Source: Marsupella aquatica (lineage: Eukaryota; Plantae; Marchantiophyta). From it: a stretch of 64,000 nucleotides of DNA. The stretch is taken from positions 9,014,234-9,078,233 of the forward strand of contig OZ316894.1 in assembly GCA_973895155.1 (NCBI GenBank), written 5' to 3'. Shown here one piece after another: positions 35,744-49,600 of the stretch (position 1 is the stretch's first letter; each line of letters opens with the position of its first letter). The notes below the pieces were generated by a model. The model worked only from the letters and a program-made list of their open reading frames with translations, searched no databases and was not told where the DNA came from. The translations under genes and the position numbers were made by a program.

Positions 35744-38700
35744 ATGGTTGCGGTGGTGAAGAATGAGAAGTATGAGGCGTGTTTGAAGAAGGGTAGATTG
35801 GAGCTTTACAAATTGTCGCTTACAGAAGATGCTAAGATTGTGAAGGAGCCATGTTGCACCCAGTTTGCAGAGCGGGAACGAGGGTCGGCGATTACGTGCG
35901 TTGAGCTCACATTGGATTTTCTGATATTTGGGACGGAGAATGGAGGACTGGTTTTTCACTACATGGACGAAACTGCTGGACCTTGCTTGGCGACTGAGTA
36001 CAGGCATGCCGATGGCGGGATAACCAGGTGTGATGAGAACTCTGTTTCGCTTTTTGTTTGTCCATAGGGATTGTAGAATTTCTAAATCAGCCCTGTTCGT
36101 TTGCCGCACATAGGAGAAGCTTTGCTGGCTCGGAGCTCCAGGTCTAGCGTTACCATTCTACAAAACCAATCCCTATCCTGGCGCTGGAAGGCAAGTGTGC
36201 TCCAACATGCAAGGGCGCCCAGTCAAAACCCCCTCTAAAAAGATAAACAGTGAAGACGTCGATTTTTAAACACCCACAAATTTTGACCGAGAAGGGTTCG
36301 GTTACGTGAAAAATTAGTTTTCCCGAAACAAAAACCAATTCATTTGGCCATCCTACCAAAGGAGATGTCAGTCTGCACCAACAGCTTTTCACTCGTGCCT
36401 CAATATTCATTAATCTGACGGGGTGGGAGTAACAGGCCTTCCCACCCTAGAGGGAATGTGGGTACTGTTGCTTTGAAAGGATAACGGAGCTCAGGAAATT
36501 GGAAACCAGAGGCGAGGTGAATGTTTTTTTGCCTCAAAAAAAAAATTGCAGGACTCAGCGCAAGGATCAAAACGTGTAAGCTCTACAGACAATCAAAAAT
36601 AGACAAAAACATTAAGCGCTGAGTCTATAGCTTAGACTAGCACAAAAACCATTTCACACGCATTATGTTGAGATTGTTTGTGTAGCCCAGATAACATGGA
36701 AATTTGATACATATGATGACGCAGGCTGTGGCCAAACAATAGTGGGACACGTTTGCTGTTTGAAGATGATCATCATGTTATCTTCCTTCATAACCCGGTT
36801 AATGATCAGGTTGACCACTTTCCGCTCAGACCCTCTCTGTATATCTCAACATCCGTCAATCATTAGCAGAGTATTTCAAAGTAATTCCATAGCCCATGCC
36901 TTAATGTTACGGTTGAGTCCATAGCAATATCAAATCCCGGTCATGTGATCTTCCATTCATTGATCTAATAATGTCGAACCTTGTGTTGAGCAAGAGTATG
37001 GACATACCAGCCGTGTTTAATCCATGTGTATAACTTGGCTATTTAGAGAACTGCTGAAAGCAGTATTTGATCTAAAAGTGTTTTAGATCAAATCTAAGAA
37101 TGTAATAAATCACTTAATCCCACATTGTTCTTCCCAGCATTGCTGAGCTTGACTCCAAAGCTTCAATTTTCTGAATCCACTCCTTACCAGTTCTGTGTCA
37201 TCAGACTTTGCATCCTTCTGCAAAATTTCTGTAATCTCACGATGTAATAAATATGGTGCTTGACTTATATCTTCAAGCCGAAATTACATTGTGCTGATGT
37301 TGCTGTTGTACTATGTGAATTTCAGTAGGACCTTGATTGCTTACAAAACTACACATCCTTTTAAACTGTAAATATGATGGACACTGTATATCTCATGTAG
37401 GTTTTGGTGAACTTTGACAGACAATTCTTGTTCCGAAAAATGCTGGAGAAGTGGATGTTGCGTTGTGGGATATTGGCGACTCTTTCGTCTTTGTGCTATT
37501 AGAGCTGTGTCAAATCTTCATCTATATCTATTCGCCAATCAACGTGATCCAAAGTTCAAAGGTGGCCTGTGTCCAAACCACGACAATACCTTCTGGCTTG
37601 TATCCTGTCTCGCTTCAGAACAGTATGCTTATCTGCAAGGTGACGTTCTGCCCTGTTTAAGATGTCTTTTCGTGTATTATCCCGAATTAAGTGGCTTCAT
37701 CAAATTGTAGTTGAGAGAAAGTAGGAATTTGATGTCGATTTAGATGTCCCTTGATAGGAAAATTTGCCTAAGCAGGAGACACTGCGTAACTTGGGCCTCA
37801 ACTGTCAACTAGAGTGTAGTGTGCCATTGGTTTTGAGATCAAATATCTGTTATGACTTGCAGCGGGATGATGAAGCACTGGACACTGTCACGGTACCAAC
37901 GCATAGCTGGTTAAAGGTAACCACAATCCCAATCGTGTTTGCAGTGCCCCATGATTTGGCTTATTAAACTCGGCAAGTGCTAGTGACCGCAACTACAATG
38001 AAATCGTTAATGGGATGGTCTTTGGAATAGATCCAAGTTCAAGTTGGTGCAGGACCATGTATCTGATACACTTCATTTTGAAATTCTTATCTTCAGAAAT
38101 CAGCTCATGGTACAAAACAGTTAAGAGAAAGATTTGATCAGTACTTGAGTGTTCACTATTTCAAGGAAGCATTGCAAGATGCCAAGTCGCTCAACTGCCC
38201 AATGGTGAGAGGATCTGAAATAAAAACGTATTTTAAAAACTTTGAGGTGTTAAGGGCTTACCAGCATATTTTAATAATGCTAGGGTTTCAGCTCAAAAGT
38301 TCTTTGTTTTTCACTATGAAAGTAAGAGCCTCAGCTCAAGATGTTCTTGTGCAAGTTTCTACGTATCCAATCTGGTTATGTATCCTGGGTTGTTAAGGAA
38401 GGATGACCCTTCATCCATTTACTCTATAATCGGGTTTATTCACTCTATCGCTCTGCCGCATCGCAATCTCAGTTGTATCTGTAAGTTTTGGCTTCCTCTG
38501 AATTACCTTCATATTCAAATTCCTTATGACAGCCACCACATCTTTTAAATGTGTTAAACACATGATGTCTGGATTACCTCTGTGTACTGAAACCAGGTGT
38601 GGGAGGAGCTGATAAAGAAAGCGTTGGAACAATTGGAGTTAGAGGTTGCAATGAAGGCCTGTCAGTATTCAGAAAATATTAAGCTATTAATGAGTCTCCG

Positions 38701-41700
38701 CAACCTGCAACATTTTGAGGAGTACAATCTACTTGCTGGCCATATCTTTCTTCTTCTTGAAGACTTCGATGCAGCTGAGGTAGGTGAAAAACAGAATTGA
38801 ATAGCTCACTACAGAACCAAATTTTGCGTTTTGTACGTTCAAGGCCTGACATCTGAATGTTTGTTAAATTCATGCCTCGGAAAAATGCTAAGAAGGGAGC
38901 ACTATGGAACAAACAAAGGCAGCCGAGTACCGTTCAAACTGTCTGACATACATATCTTAAATCTCTGAACAGTATATACTCCTTGGCTAGTAAGCTAAAC
39001 ATTGCTTTGTATTGCGTCTACTTTCTTTGTGCAGGAATCCTTCCTCAAGTCGGCTTGCCCTGAAGCAGCCGTAAAAATGCGAAGGGATCTTGAACACTGG
39101 AATCAGGTCGAATAAGCCAGACTTCGCTGCGAATATAATTATGGTGGTTCCGTATTAGACCTCCATATTGTTGCTTATGGACATGAACTAAGCATTTTCT
39201 TTCAGCGATTTTTGGTTAGTTTAATCCTCTGAAAATCAGGATTACTGTCTTACAGGCGATGACTCTTGCAAGGGAGCTCAAATCACCTCTAGAAGCTGAG
39301 ATCTTACCCAAATATGCACATTCTCTGGAGCTGGTGGGAGATTATCGACAAGCTCTTTTGTGTTACGAAGAGTTTCTCAAGCTGAATCTTGACGATCCAA
39401 AACAGAAGTACTTTTGCCAGGTTTCTACGTCTCTGAGGAATAAGATTAAAGTAACATCTTTCTACAATTGCTAATTCACAATCCCTGACCAAACTAGGAG
39501 ATCCCATTTCAACTCATGGTTTGATGAGAGCTTGTTAAATTCGCAAATGTAGGAAAATCTGTTCTACAATATACAGTGTATAAGTCAGATTGGGTAAGTC
39601 AAGTCTTTTAGGTTGTTGGATGGAACTCGATCACTGTATCCATTACAACAACCATTCTAAGCGTCCTTACCTTCCTACCCTAATGTACAAGGGAATTATT
39701 TTCTAATTGCTGTGAGTGGTACATGTGTCAGTTCCAGTTCATTTGAGGAACATGGTGTTACGTAAGGTCGTTAGTAGTGTTTATTACATTTTGAATGGCT
39801 TTAGATGTAAAATGTACTCCATGGAGTAGACATGCACATTGAATAAGATGTTGATGAGAATGATTTCTAGACCTTGCCAATTGAGTTTCAAAGAGTAGGT
39901 AGTTATTATGCATCCAAACGCGCCACCACCGCAGGCTGGTGTTGCTCGAACGTCCATCCATCTTGGTGACATTTGGAAAGGAAAGCAATTGGCAAAAGAA
40001 TGCAAAAATTCGGTGCTGTACCGTGAGTGTGCAAGGCTTCTTGAGGGACTAAACCTGGAGCAGGTATTCAAACCATCCCCATCTGGAGGCATTGCCATTG
40101 TGCAACGAAAGATAGTACTCTGCTTTAGGTGACCTTGTTGACTGTTCAACCTAAATGGGCTGTACCGTTGTAAAGACAGTATGGTCGTACTTCTTGCTAC
40201 TCAGGAAGCTGCGGAACTTTACGAGCTAGATGGGCAACTGGAGAAGGCAGTTGACATTTACATTACTGCCAAAATTTATTCCAAAGCGCTCCCGCTATTG
40301 GAAACAATAGCAAGCCCAAAGTTTTATGTGGCGGTTAGTACTTAACGAACAAGACGTGTATCTTTGCTTCAAGTTTTTCTTTCTTTCGCTTTTCTTGATT
40401 CTCTCTCAACAAATGATTGGTTTAGTTAGAGATAGATGTTCGGTTTAAGTGATACGTGGTACGAGTACGGGAATGGCATGTTATCATGTTCAGGACATAT
40501 GATCGTGTGTCTTGCTGTCAGTATGCCAGAGCCCTAGAGATTGAGAGAAAATTTGCAGAAGCTTCGTCAGCATATGAGGCCGCGCAGGTTCGGGAACTAA
40601 ACTTGCCCTTAAAGACGAACTGACATACTAAAAATGTTGGACCAATCTAGAGTTGAGTAAATGAACATTCAGTCATTTGCCGTCACGCATGTACTTGGTG
40701 TCTCTGGAAGCAAGACTTGTTAGCTTGGGACGACCTTTCTTTGGATCTGCTGATAGTTGGAGATGGATTCTGTGGTCAATTAACATGCAAGACAGTACCA
40801 ATATCGGTCTTTACGGTCACTCTAGTTCAGTTAGTAGCTAATGCTGTAACAATTAATTACCACTCCATGCCAAAAGGATGCTCATAGCCGATCACAGCTC
40901 ACCCAATGAAAAATAATCTCCGTGAAAAACACCCATCCAAAATAGTCAGGCATCATCTCCAGAACTCCTTCAATGAAGTTCATCTAGCCCTTAGAGGTCA
41001 TGGAAGAATATCGAAGCAACAAATTTTCTGTGGAGGGTGAATAAAGTATATTGCGGTTTAGCACAATAAACCGCACAATAACGGGATGTTGGCAAGGGGT
41101 TCGGTCCTTCCTGACGTTGGATCTCTTTGGGAAATGGTGGATCTCAATTGCCACGTCGAATGGGCACACTTAATCTTGCTAAGGCAATGGCTTTAACTGG
41201 TATCCTAGTCCTACAGCCCATGGAAGAGTTAGCTGAAACACTGCTCAATATAGAAGTATGAGTTAAGAGGAACTTCTAAATGGTCCTTACTCTTCAAGTC
41301 CATGAGGATCCTAATATGTACAAGCAGATATTCAACTACATGTCACCTTGTTAATGGAAGATGCTGATTCAGTTGCAGTAAGTTGCATTCCTGTGGGTTC
41401 AGGAGTACGGGAGTGCTGTGAGGCTATATTTGGGGCCTCTAAATAATCCAAGTGAAGCAGTCGCCCTCGTGAGGAAGGTAAAGAGTTTGGAAGGCCGAGC
41501 ATTGACAACTCAGTGATATCAGGCTTCTGGGGCTATTGTGTTGCAAAGAAATTTTCGTTTCCCGTAATTCTTGCTCGTGCTGAGTTCATGATATCAACTA
41601 TGGGTGCAGACCAGGTCATTGGAGGGTGCGGGCATGGTGTCTAGATATTGTAGAAATACTGGAGACTACCGAAATGCCATCGAGTTCCTAATAGTGCAGA

Positions 41701-44635
41701 AAAGGTGCAGACTGATAGAAAACGTTGAGGTTCTAACCTCGTGCCAGATTGACAAGTAACAAAAGTACTGGCATTGTGACAGAATGCAAACCTAGTAGGA
41801 TTGCTGCATGCAGAAGAAACCTAGCATGCCTTGCCAGTCTGATTTGATCTAGGGGATTTTAAGACTCCAACCCTGATCCACTCCAACTAACACATCTCAG
41901 AATCTGCATGATATTTGTCTCTACCTAAAGTAACTCTAGTGCGACCGACAGTTCGACATATATAGCTTGTATTTGATTCTATATTAGTTTCAGTTTACTA
42001 GCAATCAGTTTAACCGAGATCTTACTTGAAGTTTGGATCCTGTTTACTGGTTGGGCCAGGACACAAGAAGCGAGTGAACTTGCCCAGCAACAAGATATGA
42101 TGGATGTTTACACTGAGCTGGTCGCAGACATCGCCTCTAAGGATGAATGTCTCAAGCTAGCAAGGTTTACTCCGATGCAATAATTCCTCAATAAACCATC
42201 AGTCATCTCAATGAACCATTGCATTCTATTTTTAGTTGTCAGTGGTTTCCTTTCCATAGATCCAAGCTCAAGGTTGCTTGCATGAAATTCCTGATCTATC
42301 TCATCAAATGACATTGACTTTGTTGGTTTTGACTGTTCTGAACAGATATTATGAAGCCATTGGCAACTCTGAAAAAGCAGGAAAAATGTTTGAAAAATGT
42401 GAGAATCCAAAGCAGGCTCTGAGGCTCTACTTGTCATGGGGCACTGGTCCTGCCATTGAACATGTGAGCCCTAGACCTCGTGGCCAGACACTACTTAATT
42501 CTAAATAATGCTAGGCTTGTTCCCGCTTTATGTTGTCAATTGTGCCAACTATAGGATGTGTTTTAAGTCTGACGGGGACATCTTCGTATCCTGTAGGCTA
42601 TTGATTTGGTGGACAGGATCCGAGATGATGTGCTAACTAATCACCTGCTGGGATCTCTCAAGGGAGAGATGGAAGGTGTGGATAAGAGCCCCAAATATCT
42701 GTTCAGGTTATATATGGTCCTTGGAGACTACACATTAGCCACCGAGACTGCACTCGAGATGGCACAGCAAGAGCAGGTACTTCTGACCGCTTTTGACATA
42801 TTTTGTGGTATTTACAGTCTCGCTGGGTCAACGTTAATTCACGTAGACCTATTCTATTCTGGCACGTGCTAGCTACGTTAGTGCAGGCAACCAGGAGAAA
42901 GCTGACCTTTGGATGCCTTGTCTTTTCATGTTCTACAGGAGATGGGAAACTACAAGATAGCCCACAAGCAGCTCTTGGACTTATGCAAAGTGTTGCAAAG
43001 CAAACAACTGCCGGTACCACATGGGGCCTTCAAGCAGTTAATGCTTCTACACTCCTACACGCTTGTGAAGACACTTATTCGACTTGGTGACCACAGGTTA
43101 GTTGTAATCACAATTCTGCTTCATTTCTGTCTGCATTTGATAGCCTCAATACTTTGATTTTAAGAACAGGATGACCTGCAAAGAATCGGACGCTGGTGAA
43201 AAAGAAGGGGCTTCGATATGGAATTATGCTCTAGCTCATGAGTTTAAATTGGGCAACTCATGGGGTACTTGTTTGGCCAGATCAAGTGCTAGGATGCTCA
43301 TTCGTGTGGCCCGACATATTTCCAAGTTCCCCGCTCATGTCATTCCAATTTTAATATCAACAGTTATAGAGTGCCAACGCTCAGGTTTGAAGAAGACAGC
43401 GTTCGAGTATGCCTCAATGCTTATGCGCCCTGAATATAGGTCTGAACCACTCACCTCTACTCCCAAGACATTCTGCTCAAAATAAGTCTAAAAAGTGGTT
43501 GCAGTAATTTCTGTGAGATGTAGGACAGAGCACTGCTTAATGAAATAATCGACAGTTCCAAGAAGCATTCGAAGGCAAGTAATGACTACTAAATTTAATA
43601 AAGTATGAATCGCAAAACATCCCGCCCCAGCCCCTTTTCGACAAACAACAAAACGGAAGGACAAGAAAACACAAATCAACAGCCTTTTCTCGAACCAAAT
43701 CCAACACTTTCTCGAGTGCAAGTGTTAAGGTTCATGAGAGGTCTACACCTTCATATTGGCAGTTCTCTGTTTCAACTCGAGACAACTCAATAACTGCTAC
43801 TTAGATGTGTGGGGTCTCGAGCTTACATATGCGGTAGATGACTAATTAGGAAATGGCTGCCTCACAGGAACCAAATTACAGGTCCTTACAAAAGAAAGAT
43901 TGAGAACATTGTTCGAAAGCCAGAAAGAGAAGAGGAAGAAGAAGAGTTATCTCCGTGCCCCATTTGCCAGCATTTGCTTCCTGAAACACAATTGGAATGT
44001 CCAACTTGCAAGAACAACCTTCCTGTAGTGCTTCGTCATCTTCCCGTACCTTTTCCAGTTGTTATAAAAATATATAGAATCTATTCATAGTCAGAGTAGT
44101 CGAAGACATGATTTCTTATTTCTAGACAGCCTAATAACAATATTTGGGGCTTCTGTCCTACTTTTCTTCCATGGCAAGTTCTGTATTCTTATATTTAAGT
44201 TGACATTCTTTTGGCAGTTTTGCATAGCTTCAGGGCGACACATGGTTCTTGGGAACTGGACAAAATGCCCTTCCTGTCAGTTCCCTGCTCTCTCTACTGA
44301 GTTCGTCAAGGTGCGGTCTTGCAAACTCGTTTCTAAAATTCTATCATACCTGTCATATTTAGGTGCAAGGTCTTTGAAGCTATTTCAAAATAATCATCAA
44401 GACAAACCATGGTTGCTCAGGATTCCTGAGTTAGATTGGTAACATGTGAAAAGACATTGTACCAGAGTGTTGACTGAATGATCCACTGTCATCCTTCAAC
44501 GTTAAATGGCAGATCATTGAGATCGTGGGAACGTGCCCTATGTGTATGAGCGAGGTAGCAGTCAAGGAGGTCGAGGAGATTTCGGATCCTATCGAAGAAG
44601 TGAAAGTTGAAGAGACTTTCTTGACACCCTGCTGA
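35744..44635 (+). CDS. IFT144: Intraflagellar transport protein 144 (WDR19) homologue, 21 predicted exons, ~918 aa, apparently lacking the N-terminal part
   Basis: A manually spliced model (first exon 35744-36027, last 44513-44635) totals 2757 nt with an intact frame. Diagnostic segments are [52 protein letters not shown] and the C-terminal Zn-binding [29 protein letters not shown]. Confidence 0.9.
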
Positions 44636-46661
44636 AAGCCAACAGTCTACAGTAAACTGAGGTACAATCAAGATCCGCCGAATGGAACTAACATTGCTGT
44701 TGTTCCAAGAATCAAAATTGAGAAAGTAAATCAAAATGTGTAATGAGACAGCAACGATTCTAGTGTGTGCTTACGAGCGGTATAGTTGATATAAGGTTGA
44801 GGTGGGACCAAATTTCCTCGTTCTGAATTGTTGCTTCTTATTTTGTGTCGATATTACTTTGCAAACATCATTGTTAATACTATTGTTTTAGTCTTTGCAG
44901 GTTCACTTATCGCTTTGCTCAACTCAGTGTTTGTGTTGTAACCGGAGCTCTAGCAAGCCCTGATGAAAGAGATCTACTGCTGCTTGAGAACCTGTTGGCA
45001 GTTAGAAAAAGAACGGGGATTAGATCAACTAGAGAGCAAAGCTTGCTGATTGCCATCAGCTTGAGAACAAAGGCGCAGAAGTTAACAAGGTTGGACGATC
45101 GCCACCATGAAACGAAAAAGAAAGCTGGGGGCAGATAATCAATCAAGAAGAGTGAAGTGGGGGCGCCCTGTGATTATCTGGAATATGCTACCGAGGAAGA
45201 ACTACCGTTTGCGACCGCTTTCGCTGAATTTGAGATTTTGACTCAACGGAAAGGATGTTGCTCGTTACCAACGTTCCGGTGTCTCGGACGAATGACATCC
45301 TCGAGAGTTGCTCAGTTGTTTCTCGTCAAGTCGACCGTTCTTGAGTTTAATGCTTTCTTCAGTGAGTTGGATTGAGATTTCTACAACTACTTGAAAGATA
45401 TGGAGGTAACTTGCATACACTTCCAATCGAACATAAGGTTTAAGAGGTTGGCTATTATCAGTTGTCGTCGAGTGAAATAGAGTGACGCAGTAAATGTTGA
45501 TTTGACGACAGCTTTAGAGATACACTGACCTAGGAGGGACTTAACAGGGCAACTGGAAAAGACAGCAATAGATCACCATTGAATGAAGTGGGTTACAGAG
45601 ATTATTCCGAAGATTTAACTCAAGTACATAAAATTGAAATCACAATGTCATGGTATTGGATCAGAGAGCACTGAAGCAGGTCACATGCAGCTAACTGGCC
45701 CATTATATACTGTCCCCAAATGACCAGAGACGTCCCATTTAAATCCTAACCGAGCCCAGTGCCTTTAACGTCCAATTTGTATCTCCAAATGGCCGGACGT
45801 CCCATTGTAAACCTAACGGACCCAATCCCTTGGACGTTCAATTTGCAACTGAGCGCTACGAACCAGAACTCTTCTTGATGAAAGTCCTTTCTGGACCGGC
45901 ACCTTTCTCATCAAGTCAGTCATCACTTCAACGTTCCGTCGACTCCTCTTGGCTCCCTGGTCAATGTTCAATGTTGTATCTATAGGAGGCTTATTGATGC
46001 ATTTTAATTGGCGTGAGCTATACTGCTTTGATCTACATTATCTTGTCATAGTTACAAACAGGGTGCAGACCACTTTCTTTCAAATATAGCCAAAGATTTC
46101 GCACCTTCGTACCAATGGAATTGAAGAATTGAGGATCTTTATATTGAGAAGGAAACTCTTAGTTTAACGAAGTGAACGGGCCTTTAACAGATGATGTGCA
46201 TCGGACTTAAATTCCAGTGATTGAGGGACAAGGACAACTTTGACAAGGAGCTGAGTTTAAGAGACTTAGAATAAAAACGTAGAGAGGCTCACCTGAGAAG
46301 CTGGACATGGCCTTACAATATCACAATAATAGAAAGGCAGGCAGCCGGCACAGAAATTTTCCCGTAAGAAGTCAAGTGCAATATCTTGTACTGGTAGCTT
46401 TTGCAGGAAAAGTTGAATGAGCGGGATTGGGCCTTGCATTGACGCTGCCAGTGTGGGTCGTTTATAAACAATGTGCATCATACATGCTCATGAACTACCG
46501 TAGTCTGTCATATAGGCTCTAGAGAATTACTTACAGGAAGAAGCCCAGGTCTAAGCACTGTAGATTCAATATCCAGACCAATTGTAGACAATCTGTGCAC
46601 ACATTACGATTACCAACATTAGGGACGTCACTTACATCCGAAATTTACTCTAACTCTTCGT

Positions 46662-49600
46662 CTAGATCGCGAGATGCAGACTGACAGTAACAGGAAAATG
46701 ATCAGTTACCCTTGCATCTTCTTGCATCGCTGGATAGAGAGCAACCAAAGCATCAAGCAAAACTCGATCGCCAGATAATCTTGACACGACTTGAATTGCC
46801 ACGGGTACCCCATCAACCTCTCTAGTGGGCACACTGGCCTGATCCACCCCGAAACAAGTGTTAGTGGAACCAGTGGCTTCTTGAATCCAACTCCCCAAAA
46901 AACCTTTTGCAGAGACTTCCCCATTCTGGCAAGCTAAGTTAGTAATATCAAGTCATAACGCTATAGATCACCCATGAAGCTTTTTTTAATTTCCTTGTTC
47001 TGGTGTAGCAACAGCCTAAATGTTGAGGTCTATAATTTTTTGTGTCGTGAGTCGTTTTGTGAGCAGAAGTCTCACCGCGGGGCACCCTGACATTGAGGCA
47101 ATACACATGAAGAGAGAGGTATCGCTTTGAAATCTTTCCTTGACCCGCTCATTTGCACTTAACCTTGGCGGCAATCCTGGTGTAGCTGGAAGCACCAGCA
47201 GTGAGTCGTGCTGCAACATGAATACTTAGCATTAACACACTTCCATCTTACACGAAGAGCTACAAGGTAGGCAGTAATACAAATTCATTCAATAATATTA
47301 GAAACCGTGAGCCAATTTGATTCCCACAATTTAGACGCACTTTAGAGCACACTAATTTCCAATCCGCTAAATTGTTCTTTCCGATAGGAGGTTACGTTTC
47401 ACCTTCGGGGCCTCTCGCTCATCAAGCTTTGCATTCCAAATGCACACAATCCAGAAGTTTTGAAATGCAAACACTTTCCTCTAGTCTCAGCTATCATTGA
47501 GATTGTCCAAATTTTCAGTCTTTCAATTGACATTTTACAGGGACGGTGGAGAGGGAAAGGTGGCACAAGTCACAGCAGACACACCTTCAAAAGTTCATTG
47601 ATTGCTATGCCTGTTTCTTCTTTGACCCTTCTTGCTGTTGGCACGAGATGAGTACTAGTAGTCAGCTGATAGGATGCTCTCACTCTACCATGAACACCCT
47701 TTCCGAACTTTGGCTTCACTTTATCCATCCACTCGTGATGACTCTTGATAAAATCATCTCTGCGCCACAGCCCAGTCAATTTTCCCCAGGGTCAAAAGAA
47801 GTCTTGACTGAAATCTTCTAACCAACATGAATGACACAAGAGATCCTTATCCTGGGTAGTGATAATTCTCGAGCCTCCTTGACGGCCATGAATGGTACTC
47901 TGCCAGTCCTATGCTAAGGCTGGGACATAGAACTGACTCATATATTCTCTGGAAGAACAAGTTGATCTTCGGCTATTCTGGTGAAATCAAAGTTACGCAA
48001 GAGCTCTTAGTATCAAGAAAAACATACCTGTAAACCATAAGCATACAGTCTCTTGCAAGGGTGATCCCTTCCCCAGTTTCAGAATTAGCCAATCTTGGTT
48101 CATCATTATGGAAAGCCCTCAGTGTTGGAACCTTCTGGGTTAAATAGCCACCAAGGTCCATGTGATGCAGTAACTGACCTACACAACCAGCACCCGCTCT
48201 GGTTAGAGGAAAATCTGCTTGCAAGATTTGAGTCCAAGAACCTCACCAACTGAACTGCAATTTGAAAGCGCAAACAAATTTCTTGAGATTTTTCATGTAC
48301 ACAGATAGCGTTTCACTAACTGTTGATTCCACTAACTTTACAAGAAAACAAAAACTTATAGATTACGTGTTTAACCAGCATGATTGTGAAGTGAAGGAAC
48401 CAAAGCCAGTACCTCATTAATGGCAGCAGTGCAAGTTGCAGTCACTACTTTTAGGAAAACGGAATCTGTGTTATGTTTTCTAATTCCGTGAGATACGAAC
48501 GGCATGGGACAAAATGGGCACAAAGGTTGATGTCTCATAGAAGAACATTAGGGAACGTTGGCCATCTGGTTAGAACGAACAACTTACGACCATAAACCTT
48601 GTTCACAGCCCTCAGAAACACGTCCAGAGAATGTTCTATCAAGAATGTTGAGGGTTTGAAGCAATCATCAGCAACGTAGATACGGCGAGGCATCCTCGGC
48701 TCTTCGTGCAGAGGATAGTGCAGGAGAACCAAACCAACCTGCCGCAGTATTTGCGGGGTTTTTGCAAACCATCCTGCAAGACAAGGTAACATATTTTCCA
48801 GTCAAGCTTTCAGCCAACTTGGTTACTCTGCTTCTGATCGAGAGTTCTAATGCAAAATTGTGAGTCTATTAAATCCAATTCATATTAGATAATTTCAGTA
48901 TAGCAAGATCAAATTTGAGAACGGGCACAAAGATGACATTCTCAACTACTCCAAACTGAACTACAAAATAGATTCATCCAGCGCTCAATTTACGAAATCT
49001 ACAGGATGAGTAAATGAGATCGCCCATTAGAACATAGTGGAAGCTGATATATTATTCATAAAAGCCGTAGGAGAGATCTAAAAGTATCACCAAGTAGTGG
49101 TCAAGGAAAAATCGTATCCTGAATTTTGTGTAAGTTGACTGTCCTTGCCGCTAGCCATCTACATATGAGGGGTTAGCGGTACACAAACGCCATACCAACT
49201 GCATCCAGACTTGGTGAAGTTGGTGTATTTCCCACAGTCGAGACAACTCCATGGGAAGATCGAAATCCAAGAACACCACAGCAGGCTGCTGGTAACCGGA
49301 CATCTCCAATAGTATCAATCCCTATAAGGACGAACAAGAGATTTCACGACCCGTTGTAAGTGAAACATGTGGCCAGTAACTGCAATTAAATTGATTCGAG
49401 TTGGCAGGAAGATTTTTAGGTTGGCATAAATATGTTGCCTTTGTCAGCTTATAGGAAAAATTCGAAAAGGAGATCACACCGATCTCACCATGCTAAGATC
49501 AAAAGTACGTTAAATATTCGGCCTGCTATCACAGATATTCGAGGTAGACTCACCAAGAGCAAAATCAGCAAGATTTGCAGAAACGGCTACAGCAGAACCA

